Assembly (NCBI RefSeq): GCF_009914755.1
Contig: NC_060940.1
DNA length: 64,000 nt
Reading direction: 5' to 3' (one strand)
Origin: the human T2T-CHM13v2.0 reference genome, Homo sapiens
Part shown: positions 27,586 to 41,656 of the stretch, in pieces
How positions within the stretch are numbered: the first letter of the stretch is position 1
Layout of the letters: every line of letters begins with the position of its first letter
Position numbers and translations under genes: made by a program
Notes under the pieces: generated by a model
Database searches by the model: none
What the model was told of the DNA's origin: nothing
Seen by the model: only the letters and a program-made list of their open reading frames with translations

Positions 27586-28991
27586 GATGATTCCACTCGA
27601 TTCCATTTGATGATTATTCCATTGGAGTCGACTTAGTGAATCCTTTAGATTCTACTCGAAGATGATTCCATTCGAGTCCATTCGATGATACCATTCAATT
27701 CCATTCGTTGATGCTTCCATTCAAGTGCATTCGATGATATCATTCGATTCCATTTGATGATAATTCCATTTGATTCCATGTGATGATTCTATTCCATTCC
27801 ATTCAATGATAATTCCATTCAATTCAGTGATTCCTCTGGACTCCATTTGATGATGATTCCATTCAATGATTCCATTCGATTCTATTCGAAAATGATTCCA
27901 TTTGAATCCATTTGATGATGATTCCATTCGATTCCATTTGATGATTCCATTCGATTCCATTCGACGATGATTCCATTCGATTCCATTTGATGATTCCATT
28001 CTATTCTATTCGATGATGATTCCATTCGATTCCATTCGATGATGATTGGATTCGATTCCATTTGATGATTTCATTTGATTCCATTCGATGATGATTTCGA
28101 TCAATTCCATTCGATGATTCCATTCGATTCCATTTGATAATGATTACATCCGAGTCCATTCGATGATTCCATTTGAGCCCGTTCGATAATTCCATTTGAG
28201 TCCAATCAATGATTCCATTCATTTCCATTCAATGATTCCATTCGAGTCCATTTGATCATTCCGGTAGGGTCCGTTCGATGTTGATTCCATTGGAGTGCAT
28301 TCGATGATTCCATTCGAGTCCATTTTAGGATTTGATTCGAGTCCTTTCGATGATTCCATTCGATTCCACTCGATGCGATGATGATTTCATTCGAGTCCAT
28401 TCGACACTTCCAATCGATTCCATTTGATGATTCCATTCGAGTCCAATTGATGATTCCATTCAATTCCATTCGATGATGATTCCGTACGATTCCATTCTGT
28501 GATGATTCCATGTGATTGCATTCAATGATGATTCCTTTCGATTGCATTCGATTATGATTCATTTCGTGTTCATTCTATGGTTCCACAGGTTTCACATCGT
28601 GTCCATTCCATTATTCCATTCTATTCCATTTGATGATGATTCCATTCGATTCCATTCATTGGTGATTCCACTCAATTCCATTCAATGATTCCATTCCATT
28701 TCTTTCAACAATGATTCCATTAGTTTCTAATCGATGATCCACTTGATTCCATTTGACGATGATTCCATTCTTGTCCATTCGATGATTCCATTTGATTCCA
28801 TATGATGATGATTCCATTCGATTCCACACGATGATTATTCCATTCGAGTCCATTCAATGGTGATTCCATTCAATTCCATTCGATGATTCCTTTCGATTCC
28901 ATTTGATGATGATGGCATTCGATTCCTTTCAATCATTCCCTTTTATTCCACTCAAAGGTGATTTCATTCAAGTCCATTCGATAATTGCATT

Positions 28992-31900
28992 CGATTCCAT
29001 TCTATGATGATTCCATTCGAGTCCATTTGATGATTCCATTCAATTCAAGTCAATGATGATTCCATTCGATTCCATTCGATGATTCCATTGGATTCCATTC
29101 GATGATGATTCCATTCAAATCCATTCGATAATTCAATTCACGTCCATTCGATGATGATTCCAATCGAATCCATTCAAAGATTCCATTCAATTCCATTCGA
29201 TGATTCCCTTAGATTCCATTCGATGATTCCACTTGATTCCATTTACGATGATTCCATTCGATTCCATGTGATGATTCCATTCAATTCTATTCAATGATGT
29301 TTCCATTTGATTCCATTCGACCATGATTGCCTTTGATTCCATTCAATGATTCCATTCGGTTCCGTTTGATGATGATTCCGTTCGATTCCATTTGATGATT
29401 CCATTTGATTCCATTGGATGAGTCCATTCGATTACATTCGATGATTATTCCATTCGAGTGCATTAGATGATTCCATTCGAGTCCATTCGATGATTCCATT
29501 CGAGTCCATTCGATGATTCCATTCGATTCCATTCGATGTTGATTCTGTTCAAATCCATTCGATGATTCCACTCGATTCCATTCGATGACTCCATTTGATC
29601 CCATTCGATGATTTCCTTTGATTCCCTTTGATGATCATTCCATTTGATTCAATTCGGTGATTTCATTTGATTCCATTCAGTGATGTTTCCATTCGACTCC
29701 ATTCGATGATGATTCCATTCGACTACATTCGATTATGATTTCATTCAATTCCATTCGATAAAGATTCCCTTCGAGTCCAATCGATGATTCCATTCGATTC
29801 CATTCAACGATGATTTGATTCGTGTCCATTCGATGATTCCATTTGATTCCACTTGATGAGGATTCCATTCGAGTCCATTTGATGATTTCATTCAATTCCA
29901 TTCTCCGATGATTTCTTTTGAGCCCATTCAATGCTTCCACTCGATTACATATGATGATGACTCCATTCGATGAAACTCGATGATGATTCCATTCGCTTGC
30001 ATTCGATGATGATTCCACTTGAGTCCGTTAGAAGATTCTATTCAATTACATTCCATGACGATTCTGTTCGAGTCCATTTGATGATTCCATTACACTCCAT
30101 TCGACAATGATTCCATTCAATGTTATTCGATGATTCCATTCGATCTCATTCGATGATGATTCCATTCAAGTCCATTCGATGTTTCCATTCGAGTTCATTC
30201 TATTATTCCATTAGATTCCATTCGATGATGATTCCATTCGATTCCATTTGATGATTGCATTCTATTTCATTTGATGATGATTCCATTCGAGTCCATTCGA
30301 TGATTCCATTCGAGTCCATTTAATGAATCCATTGGTTTCAATTCTATGATGATTATATTGGATTCCATTCGTTGATGATTTCATTCGATTCCATTCAATG
30401 ATGATTCCATTCAATTCCATTCAATGATTCCATTCAATTCCATACGATGATGATTCCATTTGATTTGATTCGACAGTGAGCCATTCGATTCAATTCCATG
30501 ATGATTCTGTTTGATTCACTTGGTTGACATTTCCATTCGATTCCATTCGATGATGATTCCATTTGATTCCATTCAAAGATGATTCCATTCTAGCCCATTC
30601 AATCATTCCATTCGATTCTATTCAATGATGATTCCACTCATGTCGATTTGGTGATTCCATTTGACTTCATTTGATGATGATTCCTTTCAAGTTCATTAGA
30701 TGATTCCATTCGATTCCATTTGATGATGATCCCATTCGAGTCCATTCAGTGATTCCACTCGTTTCCATTCCATGATGATTCCATTCCATTCCATTCAATG
30801 ATTCCATTCGATTCCGTTTGATGATGATTTCATTCGAGTCCATTTGATGATTCCATTTGATTCCATTCGATGATGATTCCATTCGAGTCCATTCGATGAT
30901 TCTATTCGAATCCATTTGATGATTTCTTTTGATTATATTTGGTGATGATTCCATTGGAGTCCATTCAATGATTCCATTCGATTCCAATCGATGGTGGTTC
31001 CATTAGAGTCCATTTAATGATTCCATTTGATTCCAGTCTCTGATGTTTACATTCGAGTCCATACGATGATTCCACTCAATTCCATATGATGATGATTCCA
31101 TTCGATTCCATTCGATGATTCCATTCTATTCTATTCAATGGTGATTCCATTCGAGTACATTAGATGATTCCATTCGATTCCATTCAATGATGATTCTATT
31201 TGTGTCCCTTAGATGATTCCACATGATTCCATTAGATGATGATACTATTTGAGCCCATCCAATGATTCCCTTCGATTCCATTCGATGAGGATTCCATTCG
31301 ATTCAATTCATTGGTGATTCTATTCAATTCAATTCTTTGATTCCATTCCATTCCATTCGACAATGATTCCATTCGATTTCTTTCGATGATTCCACTCGAT
31401 TTCACTTGACATTGATTCCATTCGATTCCATTCAATGATTCCATTTGATTCCAGTGGATGATGATTGCCGTCGATTCCATTCGATCACTCCATTCTGTTC
31501 CATTTGATGATGATTACATTCGATTCCATTTGATGATTCCATCTGATTCTATTCGAGGATTCCATTTGATTCCATTCGATGATGATTCCATTCGAGTCCA
31601 TTCGATGGTTTCATTCGAGTACATCCAATGATTCCATTCGAGTCCATTTGATGATTCCATTTCATTCCATTTGATTATGATACTACTAGAGTCCATTCAA
31701 TGACTCCATTCGAGTCCATTCAACAGTTCCATCCGAGTCCATTCGATGATTCCATTCGATTCCATTTGATGATTCCATTCGAGTCCATTTAATCATTACA
31801 GTCGAGTCCATTTGGTGATTCCACTGGATTTCTTTTGATAATGATACCATTCAATTACATTTGATGATGATCCCATTCAATTTCGTTTGATGGTGATTCC

Positions 31901-34900
31901 ATTAGAGTCCATTCCCTGATTTCATTCGAGTCCCTTCATTGATTCCATCCGATTTCATTTCATGATGACTCCATTCGAGTCCATTCGATGATTCCACTCG
32001 ATTCCTTTAGATGATTCCATTGGAGTCCATTTGATTGTTCCATTCGATTCCATTCGATTCCTTTCGAAGATTATTCCATTTGAGTCCATTCGATGATGAT
32101 TCCATTCCATTCCATTCGATGATTCCGTTTGATTCCATTCGATGATTCCCTGCGATTCCTTTCTATGATGATTCCATTCCATTCCATTCAATGATTCCAT
32201 TCGAATCTATTCCATGATGATTCCTTTCGATTCCATTCGCTGATGTTTCCGTTCAATTCCATTCGATGATGATTCCATTCGATTCCATTCATTGAGGATT
32301 CCATTGGATTCCATTCAATGATGATTCCATTCTATTCCATTCAATGATTGCATTCAATTCCATTCAATGATTATGCCATTAGAGTAAATTCAACGATTCC
32401 ATTCAATACCATTCGATGATGATTCCTTTTGAGTCCATTCAATGATTTCATTCAAGTCCATTTGATGATTCCTTTCAATTCCATTCCATGATGATTCCAT
32501 TCGAGTCCATTCGATGATTCCATTCGATTGCATTCGATGATTCCATTATATTCCATTCAACGATGATTCCATTCGAGTCCATTCGATGATTCCATTAGAG
32601 TACATTTAATGATTGCTTTGTTTTCAATTCGAAGATGATTACATTGGATTCCATTCTATGATTCCATTCGATTCCATTCATTGATGATTCCACCCAATTC
32701 CATTCGATGATGATTCCATTCGATTTCAATGATTCTACTCGATTCCATTCAATGATGATTCAATTCTATTCCGTTTGATGATTCCATTAGATTCCATTCT
32801 ATGATGATTCCATTCGAGTCCATTCGAAGATTTCATTCGATTACATTCCATGACGATTCCATTCGAGTCCATTCGATGATTCCATTTGAATCCATTCGAC
32901 GATGATTCCATTTGATGCTATTCGATGATTCCATTGGATTCCATTCGATGATGATTCCATTCGACTTGATTTGATGTTTCTATTTGAGTCCATTCGGTTA
33001 TTTTATTAGACTACATTCGATGATGATTCCATTCGATGCCATTCAATGATTCCATTTGATTCCACTCAATGATGATTGCATTCGTGTCCATTCGATGATT
33101 CCATTTGGTTCCATTTGATGATGATTCCATTCGAGTCCATTCGATGATACCATTCAATTCCATTCGATGATCATTCCATTCGAATCCATTTGATGATTCC
33201 ACTCAATTCCATTTGATGACTCCTTTCATTCCCATTCGATGATTCCCTTCAGTTCCAATTGGATGATCTTTCCATTTGATTCAATATGGTGACTCCATTC
33301 TATTATATTCAATGATGATTCCATTCGACTCCATTAGATGATGACTCCATTCCATTCCATTCGATTGTGATTTCATTCGATTCCATTCGAAGATGATTCC
33401 ATTCGAGTCCATTTGATGATTCCATTCGATTCCATTCAATGATGATTCCACTCAAATCCATTGGATGATTCCATTCGTTTCCAATTGGTGATTTCATTAG
33501 ATTCCATTCGAGGATGATTCTATTCGAGTCCATTCAATGATTCCATTGGATTCCGTTTGATAATGATTCCATTAGAGTTCATTCGATGATTCCCTTCGAG
33601 TCCATTCGATTATTTCTTTTGATTCCATTTGATGATGATTCCATTCGATTCCATTCAATGATTCCATTCCATTCCATTCGATGATGATTCCATTCGATAA
33701 AGATTACATTCGAGCCCATGTGATGATTCCATTAGATTCTATTCAATGATGATTCCATTCGACCACATTCGATGATGGCATTCGAGTCCATTCGATGATT
33801 TCACTCGATTCCACTTGATGATGATTCCTTTTGAGTCCATTTGATGATTACATTCGAGTCCATGAGATGACTCCATTCGATTCCATTTCATGATGATGCA
33901 ATTCGAGGCTATTCGATCATCCCATTTTAGTGCATTCGGTGATTCTCTTTTATTACATTCGATGAGGGCTCCATTCGAGTCCATTCAATGATTCCATTAG
34001 ATTCCACTCGATGATGATTCCATTTGAGTCCATTCAAAGATTCCTTTCGAGTCCATTCGATAATTCTATTGGATTCCACTAGGTGATGATTCCTTTCGAG
34101 TCAATTCGATGATTCCTTTCAAGTGCCTTCAATGATTCCATTCGATTCCATTCGATGACGATTCATTTCAAGTCCATTCAATGGTTCCATTCTGTTGAAT
34201 TTGATGGTTCCATTTGATTCCATTCGATGATGATTCCATTCGTGTCCATTGGATGATTCCATTCGATTCCTTTCGAGGAAGATTCCATTCGACTCCATTC
34301 GATGATTCCGTTCGATTCCATTCCATGATGATTCCATTTGATTCCATTCCATGATTCCATTCGATACCATTCGATGATGATTCCATTCGACTCCATTTGA
34401 TGAATCCATTCAATGCTTCCATTCGAGTCCATTCGATGATTCCATTCGATTCCATTCCATGAAGATTCCATTCGAGTACATTTGATGATTCCATTTAATT
34501 CCATAGGATGATGATTCTATTAGGGTCCGTTGACTATTCCATTCAATTCCATTCGAAGATTCCATTCGAGTCCACTCGATGATTCTATTTGATTCCATTT
34601 GATAATTCCATTCGATTCCATTTGATGTTGATTCCATTCGAGTCCATTCGATCATTATTACATTTGATTCTATTCGATGATTCCATTCGATTCCATTTGA
34701 TGAGGATTCCATTCGAGACCATTTGATGATTCCATTCAATTCCATTGGATGATTCCAATATTTTCCATTAGATGATGATTCCATTCGATTCCATTCAATG
34801 ATGATTCCATCAGAATCCATTCGATGATGACTCCTTTTGCTTCCATTCAATGATCATTACATTCGGTTCCATTCGATGATGATTCCTTTGGATTCCATTC

Positions 34901-37900
34901 GATGATGCTTCCATTCGATTCCATTTGATGATGATTCTTTTCGATTCCATTTGATGATGATTCCATTTGATTCCATTCGATGGTGATTCCATTTGATGAT
35001 TCCATTCGATTGTATTCGATGATGATTCCACTCGATTCTATTTGATGATGACTGCATTCGATTCCATTTGATGATTCCATTTGATTCCATTCGATGATGA
35101 TTCTGATCAATTGCATTCGATGATCCATTCGATTCCATTTGATGGTTCCATTTGATTCCATTTGATAATGATTCCTTTCGAGTCCATTCGATGATTCCAT
35201 TTGCGGATATTCGATAATTCCATTTGAGTCCAACCGATGATTCCATTCGAGGCCATTCAATCATTCTTTTTGAGTCCTTTCGATAAAGATTCCATTTTAG
35301 TCCATTCAATAATTCCACTGGAGTCCATTCGATGATTGCTTTTAATTCCATTCGATGATATTCCATTCGAGTCCATTCGATGATTCCATTCGTTGCTATT
35401 AGATGATGATTCCATTCATGACCATTTGGTGATTCCATTCGATTTCATTCGTTGATGATTCCATTCGAGTCCATTCCATGATTCCATTCAAGTCCATTTG
35501 ATGATTTCTTTGAATTCAATTCGATGATGATTCCATTCGAGTCCATTCGATGATTCCATTCAGTTCCATTCGATGATGATTCCTTTCGAGACCATATGAT
35601 GATTCCATTTGATTTCATTCGATGATGATTCCATTCGATTCCATTCGATGATTCCATTCTATTCCATTCGATGATGATTCCATTCGAGTCCATTTAATGA
35701 TTCCATTGGGTTCAATTCAATGATGATTACATTGGATTCTCTTCTATGATACCATTCAATTCCGTTCATTGACAATTTGATTCCATTCGATGATGATTCC
35801 ATTTGAGTTCATTCGATGATTCTATTCGATTCTCTTCGATGGTGATTCAATTCTATTATATTGGATGATTCCATTCGATTCCATTTGATGTTGATTCAAT
35901 TCGATTCTATTCGATGATGATTCCATTGGATTTCATTTGATGATTCTATTCGATTCCATTCAATGATGATTCACTTCTCGTCCATTGGATGATTCCATTT
36001 CATTCCATTCGATGATGATTCCATTCGATTCCATTCGATGATTCCATTTGATTCCATTCGACGGTGAGCAATTCGATTCAATTCCATGATGATTCTATTT
36101 GATTCAGTTAGATGATGTTTCCATTCGAATCCATTCCATGATTATTCCATTGGAATCCATTCGGCGATGATTCCATATGAGTCAATTCAATGATGCTTCC
36201 ATATGGGTCAGTTCGATGATAATTCCATTTGATTTCATTCGATGCTTCTATTCAATTCCAGTCGATGATGATTCCGTTGGAGTCCATACGATGACTCCAT
36301 TTGATTTCATTTGATGATGATTCCATTCGATTCCATTCGATGACTCCATTCTGTTCCATTCGATGATGATTCCATTCGAGTCCATTCGATGATTCCATTC
36401 GAGTCCATTTCATGATTCCATTGGGTTCAATTCGATGATGATTACACTGGATTCCATTCTATGATTCCATTCAATTCCATTCGTTGATGATTCGATTCCA
36501 TTCAATGATGATTCCATTTGAGTTCATTCGATGATTCTATTCGATTCCGTTCGATGGTGATTCAATTCTATTATATTGGATGATTCCATTCGATTCCATT
36601 TGATGATGATTCCATTCGATTCCATTCGATGATGATTCCATTTGATTCCATTTGATGTTGATTCTATTCGATTCTATTCAATGATGATTCCATTCGATTT
36701 CATTTGATGATTCTATTCGATTCCTTTCGATGATTCTATTCCATTCCATTCGATGATGATTCAATTCTCTTCCATTGGATGATTCCATTTTATTCCATTC
36801 GACGATGACTCCATTTGATTCCATTCAATGATGATTCCATTCGATTCCATTCGGTGATTCCATTTGATTCCATTCGACGGTGAGCAATTTGATTCAATTC
36901 CATAATGATTCTATTTGATTCAATTAGATGATGTTTCCATTCGAATCCATTCGGTGATGATTCCATTGGTATCCATTCGACGATGATTCCATATGAGTCA
37001 ATTCGATGATGATTCCATACGAGTCCGTTGGATGATAATTCCATTTGATTTCATTCAATCCTTCTATTCGATTCCATTTGATGATGATTCCATCTGAATC
37101 CATTCTCCGATTCCATTCGATTTCATTCGATGCTTCTATTTGATTTCATTCGAAGATGATTCCTTTCAATTCCGTTCATTAATTCCATTTGATTCCATTC
37201 GATGATGATTCCATCCGATTCCATTGGATGATGATTCCATTCGAGTCCATTCGATGATTCCGTTCTAATCCATTCTATGATTCCATTCGAGTCCATTCGA
37301 TGATTCCATTCGATTCCATTCAGTGATGATTCCATTTGATTCCATCTGATGATGATTTCATTTGATTCCATTCGATGATGATTCCATTGGAGTCCATTGA
37401 ATGATTCAATTCAATTCCATTCCATGTGGATTCCATTCGAATTCATTCGATTATTCCATTCAAATCCCTTCGTTGATTCCATCTGATTCCACTTGACGAT
37501 GATTCCATTCAAGTCCAATCGATGATTCCATTCGGTTCCATTCAATGATTCCATTCGAGTCCATTTATGTATTATATTCGTGTCCACTTGATGACTCCAT
37601 TCAATTCCATTTAATGATGATTCCATTTGATTCCATTTGATGATTCAGTTCGATTCCTTACAATGATTCCCTACGATTCCTTTCTATGATGATTCCATTC
37701 GATTCCATTCATTGATGATTCCATTCGACTCCATTCAATGATGATTCCTTTCGATTCCATTTGACGATGTTTCCATTTGAGTCCATTCGATGATGATTCC
37801 ATTGGTATCCATTCGACGATGATTCCATATGAGTCAATTCGATGATGATTCCATACGAGTCCGTTGGATGATAATTCCATTTGATTTCATTCAATCCTTC

Positions 37901-40900
37901 TATTCGATTCCATTTGATGATGATTCCATCTGAATCCATTCTCCGATTCCATTCGATTTCATTCGATGCTTCTATTTGATTTCATTCGAAGATGATTCCT
38001 TTCAATTCCATTCATTAATTCCATTTGATTCCATTCGATGATGATTCCATCCGATTCCATTGGATGATGATTCCACTCGAGTCCATTCGATGATTCCGTT
38101 CTAATCCATTCTATGATTCCATTCGAGTCCATTCGATGATTCCATTCGATTCCATTCAGTGATGATTCCATTTGATTCCATCTGATGATGATTTCATTTG
38201 ATTCCATTCGATGATGATTCCATTGGAGTCCATTGAATGATTCAATTCAATTCCATTCCATGTGGATTCCATTCGAATTCATTCGATTATTCCATTCAAA
38301 TCCCTTCGTTGATTCCATCTGATTCCACTTGACGATGATTCCATTCAAGTCCAATCGATGATTCCATTCGGTTCCATTCAATGATTCCATTCGAGTCCAT
38401 TTATGTATTATATTCGTGTCCACTTGATGACTCACTCCATTCAATTCCATTTAATGATGATTCCATTTGATTCCATTTGATGATTCAGTTCGATTCCTTA
38501 CAATGATTCCCTACGATTCCTTTCTATGATGATTCCATTCGATTCCATTCATTGATGATTCCATTCGACTCCATTCGATGATGATTCCTTTCGATTCCAT
38601 TTGACGATGTTTCCATTTGAGTCCATTCGATGATGATTCAATTCAGTTCTGTTCTATTATGAATCCATTCGATTTCATTCAATGCTTCTATTTGATTCCA
38701 TTCGACGATGATTCCATCTCTTTCCCTTCGATGATTCCATTTGATTCCATTCAGTGATGATTCCATTTGATTCCATCTGATGATGATTTCACTTGATTCA
38801 TTTCAATGATGATTCCATTCAAGTCCATTCGATGATTCCATTGGAGTCCAAACGATCATTCCATTCGATTCCATTCAATGATGATTCCATTCATGTCCAT
38901 TCAATGAATCCTTTCAATTCCATTCGATGATGACTCCATTCGAGTACATTCGATGATTCCATTTGATTCCATCTGATGATGATTACATTCAATTCCATTC
39001 GAAGATGATTCCATTCAATTCCACTTGATGATGATTCCGTATGAATCCATTCGCTGATTATTCCATTCGATTCCATTCATTGACGATTCCATTCGATTCC
39101 ATTCAATGATGATTCTCTTCTATTGCATTCGATGATTCCGGTCGATTCCATTCGATGATGATTCCATTAGATTCCATTCGATTGTTGCATTCGATTCCCT
39201 TCGATGATGATTCCTTTGAATTCCATTCGATTATCATTCCGTATGAATCCATTTGATGATTATTCCATTGGATTCCTTTCGATGATGATTCCATTCGATT
39301 CCATTTGATGATGTTTCTCATGTATTCCATTTGATAATTCCTTTCAATTCCCTTCGATGATGATTCTTTCGAGTCAATTCGATGATTCTATTCCATTCCC
39401 TTCGATGATGATTCCATTTCACTCCATTCGATGATTCCATTCGATTCAATTTGGTGATGATTCAATTCGATGACATTCGATGACTCCATTCAATTTCATT
39501 TGATGCTGATTACATTCGAGTCCATTTGATGATTGTATTCCTTTCCTTTTGATGATTATTCCATTCGTGTCTATTCAAAGATTCCATTCTATTCCATTCA
39601 ATGATGATTCCAATTGATTCCATTCAATGATTATGGCTATCGATTCCACTCGTTGATTCCATTTGATTCCATTCGATGATTATTCCGTTAGATTCCATTA
39701 GGAGATTCCATTCGATTTTATTCAATGATTCCAATTGATTCCATTCAATGATGATTCCATTCGACTCCATTCAGTGATTCCATTTGAGTCCATTTGATGA
39801 TTCCATTCGAGTCCATTTGGTGATTCCATTCTTTTCCATTTGATGATGATTCCATTAGGGTCCATTCAATGATTCCATTCGAGTCCATTCGTTAATGCCT
39901 TTCGAGTCCTTTTGATCACTACATTCGAGTCCATTCAATGATTCTATTCGATTCCATTCCATGATGATTCCATTCGAGTTCATTCGATGATTGCATTCGA
40001 GTCCATTTGATGATTCCATAAGATTCCATTCGACAATGATTCCATTCGTGTCCATTTGATGATTCCATTCATTTCCTATCGATGAAGATTCCATTCGAGT
40101 GTATTCGATGATTCCATTCAAATCCATTCGATGATGATTCCATTCCAGTCCATTCGATCATTCCACTTGATTCCATTTGATGACTATTCCATTCAAATCC
40201 ATTTGATGATTCCATTCGATTCCATTCGATGTTACCATTCCAGTATATACGATGATTCCACTCGATTCCATTTGATGATTATTCCATTGGAGTCGACTTA
40301 GTGAATCCTTTAGATTCTACTCGAAGATGATTCCATTCGAGTCCATTCGATGATACCATTCAATTCCATTCGTTGATGCTTCCATTCAAGTGCATTCGAT
40401 GATATCATTCGATTCCATTTGATGATAATTCCATTTGATTCCATGTGATGATTCTATTCCATTCCATTCAATGATAATTCCATTCAATTCAGTGATTCCT
40501 CTGGACTCCATTTGATGATGATTCCATTCAATGATTCCATTCGATTCTATTCGAAAATGATTCCATTTGAATCCATTTGATGATGATTCCATTCGATTCC
40601 ATTTGATGATTCCATTCGATTCCATTCGACGATGATTCCATTCGATTCCATTTGATGATTCCATTCTATTCTATTCGATGATGATTCCATTCGATTCCAT
40701 TCGATGATGATTGGATTCGATTCCATTTGATGATTTCATTTGATTCAATTCGATGATGATTTCGATCAATTCCATTCGATGATTCCATTCGATTCCATTT
40801 GATAATGATTACATCCGAGTCCATTCGATGATTCCATTTGAGCCCGTTCGATAATTCCATTTGAGTCCAATCAATGATTCCATTCATTTCCATTCAATGA

Positions 40901-41656
40901 TTCCATTCGAGTCCATTTGATCATTCCGGTAGGGTCCGTTCGATGTTGATTCCATTGGAGTGCATTCGATGATTCCATTCGAGTCCATTTTAGGATTTGA
41001 TTCGAGTCCTTTCGATGATTCCATTCGATTCCACTCGATGCGATGATGATTTCATTCGAGTCCATTCGACACTTCCAATCGATTCCATTTGATGTTTCCA
41101 TTCGAGTCCAATTGATGATTCCATTCAATTCCATTCGATGATGATTCCGTACGATTCCATTCTGTGATGATTCCATGTGATTGCATTCAATGATGATTCC
41201 TTTCGATTGCATTCGATTATGATTCATTTCGTGTTCATTCTATGGTTCCACAGGTTTCACATCGTGTCCATTCCATTATTCCATTCTATTCCATTTGATG
41301 ATGATTCCATTCGATTCCATTCATTGGTGATTCCACTCAATTCCATTCAATGATTCCATTCCATTTCTTTCAACAATGATTCCATTAGTTTCTAATCGAT
41401 GATCCACTTGATTCCATTTGACGATGATTCCATTCTTGTCCATTCGATGATTCCATTTGATTCCATATGATGATGATTCCATTCGATTCCACACGATGAT
41501 TATTCCATTCGAGTCCATTCAATGGTGATTCCATTCAATTCCATTCGATGATTCCTTTCGATTCCATTTGATGATGATGGCATTCGATTCCTTTCAATCA
41601 TTCCCTTTGATTCCACTCAAAGGTGATTTCATTCAAGTCCATTCGATAATTGCATT
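28992..41656 (+). repeat. 12.7-kb higher-order unit, full copy 2 (12,665 bp)
   Basis: ORF markers recur at +12665 (19290/31955, 22192/34857, 29287/41952). Confidence 0.93.
36956..38631 (+). repeat. Nested 836/840-bp tandem duplication in 12.7-kb copy 2
   Basis: ORF markers 37123/37959 and 37411/38247 (+836). Confidence 0.9.

Larger units (their letters stand above)
16337..28991 (+). repeat. 12.7-kb higher-order unit, full copy 1 (12,655 bp)
   Basis: Anchor equivalent to window position 1 lies at 16337 and next at 28992. A private 10-bp deletion near 18620 explains 12,655 versus 12,665. Confidence 0.93.

Noticed and set aside
16337-28991. 12.7-kb unit as a dimer of the 6.1-kb unit
   Set aside because: Each unique short-unit landmark (e.g. 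ggttccacagg, gagcccgttcg) occurs once per long unit, and the length is not 12,224 bp.
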